Source: Iphione sp. A-MEVVRFRX5
Taxonomy: Eukaryota
Direction: 5' to 3'
Assembly (NCBI GenBank): GCA_976226885.1
Contig: OZ320319.1
Coordinates: 39,308,001 to 39,372,000, forward strand
Length of the DNA: 64,000 bases
Shown one piece after another: positions 53,184-64,000 of the stretch. The notes beneath the pieces are model-generated. The model was not told the origin of the DNA. It worked only from the letters and a program-made list of their open reading frames with translations, and ran no database searches. The stretch's first letter is position 1, and each line of letters starts with the position of its first letter. A program made the translations under genes and the position numbers.

Positions 53184-53792
53184 ATGAAGGCTGAAGCGGA
53201 AGCCGACGAGCAGCGGAAGGTGATGTCCGCCAAGTCGTCGAGTCGCGAGCGCTCATCGTCGGAGGCGGGATCTCACGGCCCGCCGCTCAGTCGGGAAGGC
53301 ACGTCGGTATCAGTCGACCAGGAGATCCGCGACATCATCGCGCGCGATAGCGCCCTTGACGGGTCGTCGAGCGCCACGGTGTCAAGACCTGGGTCGCGGT
53401 CATCGGCAGCTTCCGGTACGCAGGAGACTGAGGGCAGATCCTCGGGTGAGGGTCGGGCGGCGGCGCCTGACGACGCGGCGAGTGCCCTTTCACAACGCTC
53501 AAAGTCGGCGGTGTCACTGAGCAAAATCGACGAAGAGCAGGAAGCGGAAGATGGCGCCTCCGAAAGGAAGTTGGCAACTGCTCTTAGCGGAAAAAGCGGC
53601 GCGTCGCGTAGGCGCGAGGTGGTCTTAGGAGAGAAGCAGACGTACGTCGAGGTAAACGCCGCCGGCGATGATGACGTCACTGATGACGCATTCCGTGTCC
53701 GACACATGTCGCCCTCGACTTCAGTCAGTGATGCAACACGGCGTCCAGATCCAGAAGGAAAAACAGTCTCAGAACCTTCTTATATAAGCTGA
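53184..53792 (+). CDS. Large Ser/Glu/Ala-rich, probably disordered coding exon, likely terminal
   Basis: Acceptor CTTCATCCTTCCGACAG| directly before ATG, 202-codon ORF, GC-rich against AT-rich flanks, natural acidic/Ser-rich composition, ends TGA. Family not recognised. Confidence 0.78.
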   Translation: MKAEAEADEQRKVMSAKSSSRERSSSEAGSHGPPLSREGTSVSVDQEIRDIIARDSALDGSSSATVSRPGSRSSAASGTQETEGRSSGEGRAAAPDDAASALSQRSKSAVSLSKIDEEQEAEDGASERKLATALSGKSGASRRREVVLGEKQTYVEVNAAGDDDVTDDAFRVRHMSPSTSVSDATRRPDPEGKTVSEPSYIS

Positions 53793-56700
53793 AAAATAAG
53801 TCACTATTTGTGGAGGTAGGAGAGCGAATCCAGACCTTCAGATGGTTCTCCAGTAGTGTAATTCGTTTTCCCTGTAACCATCGGTAATGGCGATCTGCAG
53901 AAGTGCAGGATTCCATATATTTATGATGACATTTGAAAATGATATAGATTGTGGGTCGTGAGGAACATGTACGAACGCACCTTATGTGCTGTTCTTCGTC
54001 ATCAGTATTTTGACTGTCGGAAAACAAATGACTATGTACATCTACAATGTGGAAGTATGTTCCTGTCATATTCAGGGAGGCACTTCTATTCCTTCGGAGG
54101 TTTTTGCATTGCATAAAAACGCGCGACTGTGTATATCTTGTGTAATATTATAAGCACGTATGTGTAATGATATATATAGGCACGTATATTTGCGTGGATG
54201 CTTCTTTATATTTCTACTTTTTCAACATTTGATTGACCATACATATGTGTAAATATTTCTTCGAAATAAACCTACGGTGTTTGGGGATTTGATCTATATT
54301 TGATAAACAACCCATTTTATCTAAGTGTTTCTTCAGTGTTCCTGGCGAGAGCTCAAATAAAAGGATTCTCTGAGCCAAATGTCGTGACTAACTCGACCCT
54401 ATCTTAGAGCACGGATTCCTAAATATTTATCGAATGTGTCAGCTCCCGAAGAGTACCATACTCCAAATCTAATATCATTACAACTTTCCTGACCCTAGTT
54501 TTTTTTCTTTGTTTGATTCTAATTGTCTATACAACGCAGTCAGAGTGGTGAACGTTGCAAATTCCAAAGTTAAGTTATTTATCACTTCCGGGTCTAAGTT
54601 TACAGACGCTGTCGTCTGTGTTTCGGCTTTGTCGTCACTCCAATGTCAACCGCCGCCCACATCGAGCTGAGTTCCGCGGGCTACTGTTTATGTTCCCCTC
54701 TGGATTCACTTTTTGTACACTAGATAACAACTTCCAAGTGATTATCTCCAGACGCCATTATTCCTTGGAAGCTATGGATTGCTTTATCTCACAGTGACAT
54801 CAAACTCTTGCTTGTGAAGCCCATAAGCAAAAAAGTAAATATCTGTTAAGGTCAGGGGGGACGGACATACCTGCAATAGGCAGGACAGATTTTAATTGTA
54901 AAGAAACAAATGGCGAACGACTTTGTGTTTTAGGCTCCGCCGGTGGTCTGGCAACATCTGAGCAGAGCATAACATCTCATGTAGACCCTTTGGCACTAAG
55001 AATACCTCTCAAAGTGGGACCGGTGGCTTCTTCATTCGCATTTGTCTCATCTCGTTCCCCCTTAGTTCGTTCCATACACGTCAGGAGGCGGTAAGACCCC
55101 AGTCGGGAAGCGGAACTTACCAAGGTGCGCCCGCTGAACGTTTGTGGTCGGCCTCGTCGTTGGGGTCAACTTTCAAGCCTCAATACACCAACACCACAAA
55201 AATGTGTGTGTGTTTTTACTGAGACACGAGGCGTAAAATCATCCTCGACTTTGAAGAGGAAAGCGCACACCTAACAAGACCAGAAAAAATACAAGACTTG
55301 CTTTTAAATCTCTAGTGGAAAAGGAGGAGTTCCACCTGTTTTCATGGGTATCGGTGTTTGTACAAAGAAATTTGAGTACGCGCCCAAGTTGTTAAGGAGA
55401 AGGTCCCTTCAAATACATGACTTAATTACCTAGTGACATTTTCACACATAACTCATTGTTTGCGTCAAATAGTTTTATTCACTCAGGCTCTCTTACACAC
55501 TTTCGATCCCTTCGTTTAATTCGTCTCGGTTTCATTAGAAATACTACCTTTAAACAGTTGTTACAATCAATACAACACAATAAGCATACAGCGATTGTAG
55601 CGTCTTTACGGGCAGATCGTTTGTTATTCGTTCGAAACACGAGACGGGGCATTGTTTTTATCCCGGCTTTAGATGTCGTTCAGTTAGGGGGTACCCTGGG
55701 GTACCCGTAAGAAATGTAATGCGATGTAGCCCGAGGACATGTATGTCTAAATTAAGTTTGACGCCCGAGGCAGTCCCTTCTATTGGATTCATCATTGGAT
55801 TTTTCGGTTTCCATTTATCTACAGTGACTGTTGGACTCTCAGTAAGTTGATAATGGCTACGAAATTTGAATGTAATCTTTGTGTCGGCATATTAAAATGC
55901 CGACATGTACATGTACACGTGGGTACTTTTGGCACAAAAGGAGAGAACGTATCCTATCACCCCATTAACAGACCTTTATTCTTACGTAGAGCACCGTGGC
56001 ATTCAGAGAGAGTGGAGCTTCCATATACATGTACATGTACTGCATATTTCCCTCTTCGTGAGGATTGACGTTAGAATCGCATGATACAGTTTCACTCGTG
56101 CGCCTTTTTGATCTCCATCCCGACCAAAGTTTGTGGCTGACCGCCTGAGGAAAGGTCTTTCCATTAGAATGGGCGGAGAAGCAGCGCGTCCGCGGAGATA
56201 AACTACTCTGACTCATGGTAAATAACGATGAAGACCATCAATGTGAAGCGAAGCCCACCCAGGCCTGATTCACCGTTAGCACCCCTCTCTCGACCAGACC
56301 ACAGTACCGTTGACTGGACCACCTCCAGGCTGTGTGGTTTGTAATACTCAGCCGCTCAGGTCTGCACGTCTGACTCCTTCCTCTTAGTCAGAACAATTGA
56401 CGTTGGGTATAGTTCAGCTGTTGTCAGTCTTCTGTAGTTTCTAACGCCCGTGGACATGACCGGCTGTTGCTAAATCTCGGCCGAACGGGCTACTCACTGA
56501 TAAGAACCTTTAGAATATTTCTCCCTGCTTGACTCGAATTGTCTTTCAGTTATCTTTTGTTCATCTGGGGGCGGGAAGCTAGATTCTAACGGCCAAAAAC
56601 TATTTGAACTATGTTTATTATTGGGGGAAGATCTCACACGAGTCTTTTGAAGTAGCGACCTAAAATTTGACACTGAGTTAAGGAACATGATATAGGATTA

Positions 56701-57120
56701 ATTGCAGTATTATATATTCCTTTAGTATGTCGTAATATGCAAAGAAAAGGCACACAGAATTTTATCTTTATGAATACCATCATTATAATATGCGCTGTAC
56801 GGGCGGTGCTTTGTGGTTCACATCTGTCATTTGTTTTATCAATTAATCATTAACCACTTTCCGGAAGAAGAACCCTTGAGGGGAACAAAAGTTGCTACTA
56901 TAAAGAGGTCACACTTATCAACTAGATATTTGAAATTGGCTTGTATATGATCATTCTATCTTATTTTTTCATGAAAACACCCTGTGTAAAGTATACAATG
57001 TACATGTACTTCATTTACTCTTGGAAGGTACCTTTCATATCGAACAGAAATGCGACCTACAACCATAACAGGATTTTCCTTGTGTGTGTATTTTGCACTT
57101 GTATTACCTCGATGGTCATT

Positions 57121-57402
57121 TCATGTGGTAAAATATAGCTTTCTGTTGTTCCTGTTCACATGAAGGCTACCCATAAATTCTATCCAGGCCGTCGTAATTT
57201 CCCATAAAGTCTTCCTTTTCGAGACCAAAGATATGCAGCTAGCAGCCATAAGGAGGTCCTTTGTTCCTCTGTACGAACATAATGATCGCGAGGTGTCAGT
57301 GGTGAATGTTGATGAAGTCATGCCACTGCCATCAAAGTCTTCTCCGCCGATTTCCGCAGGAATTTTACTCCGTAACGCTGAATGAATCACTGATGTACTG
57401 CG
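57121..57402 (-). CDS. Possible coding segment (RSTSVIHSALRSKIPAEIGGEDFDGSGMTSSTF...WEITTAWIEFMG)
   Basis: 97-codon ORF with a possible acceptor CCTCTCCAG. The antisense frame is also largely open; unresolved. Confidence 0.22.
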   Translation of the reverse strand, partial: RSTSVIHSALRSKIPAEIGGEDFDGSGMTSSTFTTDTSRSLCSYRGTKDLLMAASCISLVSKRKTLWEITTAWIEFMGSLHVNRNNRKLYFTT

Positions 57403-59199
57403 CTGGAGAGGCATACCAATCGACTAGTTTCGGTGAGAAAATATCAGATACGTTTATAGATGGTTTAAATGGTGAAACGTTCTCTGTACACATACGGTCG
57501 CTTAATTCTTCAGCTTCGTGATGATCTTATCATCGCATCATCAGCTAAGACGTAACCCTCGATTCTCACGGGTTGTATATACATAGATCTCTCAGCCTAT
57601 CAATTCACGCCTATTGACATAATCTTGACTTGTTCTGTGCTCTTTTTCACAATCCACTTTCAATGTATATTTTTTTCGTCTTCTTACCTGCCCCCCTCGA
57701 CTACAGATAGCCGTCAGGAAAATATATCAGCAGAGAGATGTCTGTAGATGTTCTGACAAAGGAAACTATGAAGACTTCGGCCAAACTCTACGCTATCTGA
57801 GATATCATTATACTGCCAACCACTATGTAGTATAGATTTAAAATGCCTTGAGGATATAGCATATGTCCAGGAAGTTGGTATTTACGGAGTATGCTTTCAG
57901 GTACCACGCCTCTTGGTAACATTTTTGTGGACATGGGCTTGACAAACAGGAAACGTTTGAACCCTGCGTAACATAACAGAAAAACATGTATCATGTAAAT
58001 ACAGAAATAACTAGTGATGTATGCAGCACACACGCTCAACAAAACATTTTGAAGAGTGTAAATGTATAGAAATGATATCATTTACCAAATTGGCATGCAA
58101 GTAATGAAGTACCTTATGACGTTTGATCGGTACGTCATTTGCTCAACCTATCAACAGCCACAGTCATCAGTCATCTGAACGACTAGCTAATTCATAAAAT
58201 ACTATGCAGATGTACAGCTATAGATACATTTTTAATGTAAACTGTATATTCATATGTGTACATGGAACACCTAAAATTCTTCTGCACCTTATGATTATCA
58301 AGCTTCAAGTATGAAGCAAATACTATGGAAACATATTTGAATTCTAATCTGGTTAGAGATCACATCTCTTTCAATATACAAAATAGGTACTCTGGCGAAC
58401 ACTGTTAATGCAAAAACGAAAAAATGTTTAACAAATAAAGAAGGAGATGGTTTCTATTTTGTAACATGAGCCTGGTCTCCAATAAGTAAAGTGATGAGAA
58501 ATGAAAACCATGATCATAAAATATCTGGTTCACTACAAATGCAAGAATAATGACCTGCTGAAGTGTGACCCTTGGAGTGCAATTGAGAGAATATCTGTTT
58601 ATTCATCGGAAAAGAACATCCTTATATTGTAGGCCTCTGTTCCATGCCTATTTGTGTATTTGCATGCGTTTATTTAAAATTATATTTAACATTGTCCAAA
58701 AGCTGGTACTGCATGCATACATGCAACACCATGCATGAATGGGAATTCTCTCATTGATTCTAGTGTGTTCATCAAAGATGCAAGGGAACACACACATACA
58801 AGCACACAAGTGCTCATGCAGATATGGAAACATGTCCTAAAGTAAAGGAAGAGTCAAGAGAACAGCAGTAAAAGAATAATAACAGAAGATGTGAGCAAGT
58901 AGTATAGACAGATAAAATTAGCAATTTATTTGCGGTACTATTCAGTTTCAGTCTAAAATAAACACGATACAGTTCAGATTGGGGTTTTATGGGCCACTGT
59001 ACCTCCTGTTTGCCCATGTGTGTGCAAGATTTTTACAGTAATTTTAGGTTGCCAATTGTATATCGAGTTGTAATCAGGTGCATAGCCTCTGCATCTGGTG
59101 CTGTTGATTCCCTCAGAATCCTATGATTCACACATATGGACTCTGTGTTTGCTGCTGCTGCTCATATTATTCAACTTATTAGAACTGCACAGTCCGAAT

Positions 59200-59346
59200 C
59201 TCTGTACATTTCTGTAAATAGTGTAAATATTTGTAAATGTTTGTATATAAATCATGTACATAGTCTATAAGGATGTAGAAATGAATGTGTAGTCAAATCC
59301 TGGCACCATTTGGATTGCCAGGGAAAAGATCTGAATAAAAAAAAAA
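59200..59346 (+). mobile_element. Orphan 3' tail of a LINE/SINE (stem-loop + AATAAA + poly-A)
   Basis: TGTAAATA repeats, hairpin CCTGGCA...TGCCAGG (59299-59322), AATAAA at 59334 running into an A-run. Confidence 0.6.
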
Positions 59347-62300
59347 TTACACTTGCCTGTAGTTTGAATTTTATGTTTTTTTACCTCTTACGATGAATGT
59401 GCTGCATAACTAAACGTGTGGTAGAACTAGTATTTTAACAATGTGATCCTAGAGTTCATAGAGCGTAAATGTTTGCTAGCCACATGCTTTTTGACTGCCA
59501 GGCTTTTCTTTTAAACTTATTGATTTATTCCCCACCTGGTAAAGTCATTAATGGTTGCTACCTGCCACTAGCAAATCAAAACTGAAAGTAGATTGATCTT
59601 TAAGAGCACACTTAAAAGAAGGTTACACCTGGTCGAGCAAGGGAAGCATTGAAGTTATATTGACGCAGAAAATATGAGATGTATTCCCTGAGTGAGTCAT
59701 ACATGACCATCTGGAGATTCAGTCATTTTACACTTTGGTTTCTTTTCCGCTGCCATTGATATGAAAAACAACGGCAATAAACTTTCTAAGGGGCGATATG
59801 AATTGAACAGAGGGGTTTACATAAACGTGTGACACTGCAATATAATAAACACGATAGGACTCGATGTAGGATGATGTGGTCCTTCGAAATTACCAAACAG
59901 AGATTACTCCTCTCCTATTGTCTTATATTTTTTCACTGTTAGTCACTTTTCCCCGCGGGGCTGTTGTGCGCAAGATAAATTCAGTAAATTTGATCTTCCT
60001 GTGCTGCCCTGAGCTATAAGAAGACGTGTTCAGCCCAGCAGGTATTGCAGTTATCACATGATGAACATAGAAAAAAAAGTCACTCTATCACTGACAGGAA
60101 GATGGCCATCTTACGCCAATTATCACCGTATCCAACACCGTGCCCAAATTGTAAGGCTGTCTGCGACTGTTATTTGAACTTTCGACAGTGTTCGGGACTT
60201 GTAGTTGGACAAGTTTCCTGTAGCACTTCTCGACAACTGTCTCCCATTGAAACTCGCCAATCTGTCCTCGACATATATCTGTTTTCTATTAGAACGTCCA
60301 CTAGCACACTTTCTGCGGCGAAGTGTCTTCCATATCTCGTTGCATCGCGTTTGTGTGGAGATTGTTTGTGTACATAGGAAGGGGATCCAGAGCGTTCCGA
60401 ATGGTAAAACTGGCGAGGCCTGTTAGTTTTGGATCACGTGACTGACAGCCAAGTGTCAGGCTGAGCGATACGCTGTTTGTGTGACACGTACGGATGAAGT
60501 CTGCAATCTTGTCGGGAATGTAAAACTAAACCGCCGCATCTTTTCCTTTAATTCAGACAGACAGGTCCGGTGCATGTTTATTAATGGATTTGGATTTAAT
60601 AGGCACAAAGCTCCATTTTCTCTTAAAACACTCAAACAAACCAAGGTCCAACGATGATATCGGTTTTTGGGTGGTCAAAAATTTTCTCATGAACATTACT
60701 TCAAGTCTGCTCTAAAAATCCATACCTTAAGAAGACATAAAGCAAGAAAGTGTGGTTTTTCCTTGTGATTTAGTTGCTTGGTGTAATCAGGCTTTCTTTC
60801 CCTTCCGGCTGATATAAAACACTCTTACCAAAGGCATTCCACGGACAAGTGAATTGGCATAAAAACTTAATTCATTACACCTCGTTAAGACCATCCCCTC
60901 TCTTATCTTAAAGAATTTGGTTCGGAGTGGTTTATTTCTTTTTAAAGCTCGTTTTCCGACTGGGAGGTGGTAAACGCACATAATTGCCGAAGAGCCTGAG
61001 GAGCTCGCTTCGGAGCTGGCGTGAACATCTTAAGATAAAAGCCCCCTGAACAGTTGAATCATCAAGTCCCATCTTGGTCCTTGGTCCCTGAGTGACCCTA
61101 CATTGGCGGAAGACCTTGAGTCCCTCCCTGGATTGGCCTTGGGGGAAATGTCGCACTCGCTCCATCTAGTCTATCCCTAGTAAATGAGATGGCACCACGA
61201 GGGGCAATTTGTAGCGTATACCCAGATATGGCTATCATTGCCTCGGCAGGATCATCACAGATTTTCACGGTATTTTGTTTTTTTTTCGTGAGGGGTAGGA
61301 GGGGGAGGCAGAAAGCGCAGTTGATCCCCTAATGAATAGGCAACTATGCGGTCAGTTGGACAGGGATTGAATGACTTTGTATCTAATTGAAATACACCCG
61401 TAATGTGTCCGTAGTAATTTGGTGAGTATATCTGTGGATGCTATGCCAAAGAGAAAATGACAAACTGTGCGCAACTGACACTTCTGGAGATCATAAAAGG
61501 GTTTGACTATGCCAGGGCAGTACTACAAATTGAGGATGCGCTTTGACCGACCAGTGCTCCATTTGCGAAAATGTCGTCTCCTCCCCAGAGCCTCGTTGTG
61601 GACCGTTTCAGGCACGGCGTGGCAATTTTCAGCGAGCGACTGTCAGCCGATTGGGTGAGACCGAGCCAAGAGGAGAGAGTGGAGCTAAGGGACCGCATGA
61701 AGGACGGCCGCCAAGTCGGACAAATTATCCCCAGTTATTGGGCTGTCCAAGAGCACGATATATTTATTACCGCCCTCCTGACGTACCTAAGCCTCTCCTC
61801 AGTTTAGGGGCGCGCGGAGGCGGAGCGCAGTGGCTTTGTTCTCAGAGACAAATATTCCACGCTCGATTGGTGCCGCTTGGAGGCGTTCCTAAGGAACCAG
61901 CGCCGCCTACCGCCCACGAGGCTAACCGCCCCATCGAGGGAAGCTACCTCTAATTCCCATCCACAACCACAGCAAACACACAACTAGTCGGCCCGTGGAG
62001 GTATCTGCCCGTCATTGTCGAGGTCCATCCAAGGCTATGACGTAGCGAGGCGGAAAAATTCCTCCCTCCAAATGTCTTGTCAAACTCTCCCTATAATCCA
62101 CAAAACGGGCGAAAAACTCAGTTTGGTTGTGAGTGGAGGCAAGCCTCAGAAGTAGCGGTTAACGGTGTTATTTCTATCAATAGCCATACACGTGGGCTGT
62201 ACCCAGCGTTGGCGAGGCCAGCGTGGCACTGCCAATCTTTGTTCGGCACTGCCCTCCTGAAGTGTTCAACTTGAAACGGACGCCACGTGATACTTGAGTG

Positions 62301-63804
62301 GGAAAGTTCCACTTCTGCATGTCTACTCCCCTTAAATATGGCCTTGGAATTACAGCATCGGCAAATAGCTTCTCCAGCCCAATGGAAAATGCTATGAAAG
62401 AGGACGGGTATTCTTGCTGTAACCATTTGGAAGAAGTTAAACTGAACGGCATGGAAAGCAAATTGAATTCTTCCAATGCCAAGAAAGAGTTCAACTTTAT
62501 TTCCTTGCAGCTGCTCCCGTTTGGTGATCCCTAAATACTTCGGCCTGTCTTGAGTGGACCTTGAAGCTAGTGTCCTGTCCAAGGCCGGAGAGGGTGTTTC
62601 ACCAAATGCTCACAGCCACTCAGGCGGCAGTGAGTGCTCCCAACTGAGTAGCTCAGGCCCCGAGGGGCCGTTGCAGCACGGCCGCGACCCCATCACCCGA
62701 AGAGCCGAGGCTACTTGTAGTAAGGCATGGAGGCATCCAGACAATAAAAGGTCTCCTATAAAATGTATTACTTTCTAAACACCCAGTTTACTGAGAGGAA
62801 TCTACAAAGCAAGATAAGTAAAATGAATGCATTTACACATTCTATATGCGTATGTATGCTTCACTCATTGATCATACGCATCATGTGCGTTGGAACTGAA
62901 AGGCATAACAAAGGAATGAGACACAAACACCATTAAAAATAATAATTTAGGAACGGTCCCAGGCGAGGAAGAATAGGGTGGAAAAAATACATTTTTTCGC
63001 GTTGTAATTTCCTCTTAGCCCACTACGGGCGTCAAACAATCCATCATGATTTGACATGAGGCACAAAAAGGGGGAAAAACTGACGTTGTAAGAATTGATG
63101 GATTCTTGGTACTGCTAAACGACTAGGGAATTCTCCTCGGTGGTGGCGCGAGGGAGGGAGACGACAGTGAGTCATGAACTGTTCCCTTTGCATGCACTAG
63201 GTGGCAGTAGCGTTCTTGGTACGGCCGCAAACTGCAAGTGCGCGACGGCCCAACAAAATGAGACGATTCGTGCACAATCTGGACTGAGAGGACTGTAAGC
63301 CCCATTCAAACCAGGGAGGGAAAAACAAGCACGCTCTGCCAGATCTATCGTGTCGAAATGTTATTCCTATTCGTTTAGATCAAAGGCCTTTGAGCTGGGT
63401 TATTTTCATAGCCGGGGAGGATTGTTTTCCGAGGATACACGTGTTTGAAGCTGCCTCACGCCCTGCTTTCGAACGTTCCCTCAGCATCCAATCGCCAGAT
63501 CAGGAATTCGGAGGCTAATTCTCATGGGATTCGACAAAATCATCCGTCTAATTTTCCTGAATCGAAAAAGAAATCCGATAAAACTGTTCATTTGTCCGTT
63601 CATCTGAGGTGAAATGATGTCCGTTTATTCTTCGCCCTCCTTCTCACTAACTTTCCTCTTCATCTTGAGACCCTCCTCGCCTGTTGGTCTGTTTCTCCAC
63701 CTTTAAGGCCGGCTTACCTTGTGTGTGGAAATCACCTGCAGAGCCCAGACTGTATGGTGTGGAGAAAAACGATCCTATGCTGTTCAACATGATGGCTTCC
63801 ATGT

Positions 63805-63838
63805 GTGCATGGTGCGTGGTGCATGGTGCATGGTGCAT
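63805..63838. repeat. (GCATGGT)n heptamer repeat
   Basis: GCATGGTGCGTGGTGCATGGTGCATGGTGCATAG. Confidence 0.8.
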
Positions 63839-64000
63839 AGTGTTACTAGTGTGGACAGGTGAGTGGCCGAAAAATGGACTGGGCCAAAAAATTCTCCAGG
63901 TAGGCAAGTTTCCCCCCCACTCCAGAGAGACACACAGAGCAGTAGCATAAGCAGATGGATGTTTTCAGCTGGAGAGATACTATCACATGATAGTTATGAT

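Noticed and set aside
61004-61016. GCTCGCTTCGG resembles the U6 snRNA 5' end
   Set aside because: Only 11 nt match; the rest of U6 is absent.
61507-61953. GC-rich ORFs of 63-136 aa
   Set aside because: No recognisable motif or convincing splice boundaries; likely a promoter or UTR island.
62118-62582. PKYLGIT in a minus-strand ORF resembles the LINE RT thumb motif
   Set aside because: The following residues do not fit the D..L.W..H / Y..LEY pattern, and no upstream RT motifs are present.
1-64000. ProtoRAG/Transib TIRs or RSS (CACTATG/CACAGTG heptamers, ACAAAAACC nonamers)
   Set aside because: Isolated heptamers and nonamers occur (e.g. near 9059, 20744, 36460, 57823), but I saw none paired at 12/23 spacing, as TIRs, or near a transposase ORF.

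Overview
This is eukaryotic (metazoan) genomic DNA of intermediate GC with short GC/CpG-rich islands, microsatellites, one assembly gap (32490-32645) and many TACATGTA palindromes. The style suggests an invertebrate deuterostome such as amphioxus, but that is inference only. The only feature assignable to a known family with high confidence is a 5'-truncated, degenerate CR1/L2-like LINE reverse transcriptase (~38600-39800, +). Also supported are a family of TA-flanked Tc1/pogo-like MITEs (four copies), orphan LINE/SINE 3' tails, two tRNA-like SINE heads and a long Ser/Glu-rich coding exon (53184-53792, +). Several splice-site-bounded candidate exons suggest at least three spliced genes: a minus gene at ~7.7-17.7 kb, a minus gene at ~23.2-27.6 kb that may have further upstream first exons, and one or more plus genes at ~27.9-53.8 kb. 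I could not recognise any of the encoded proteins, so no gene symbols are given and all exon chains are hand-built hypotheses. I found no CRISPR array, rRNA, intact tRNA, intact transposase or viral gene, and no convincing new biological system. The most interesting local oddities are a tandem 33-bp triplication of a splice-donor region, a 239-bp tandem duplication with a conserved hairpin, and a set of possible alternative first exons that all end in phase 0.
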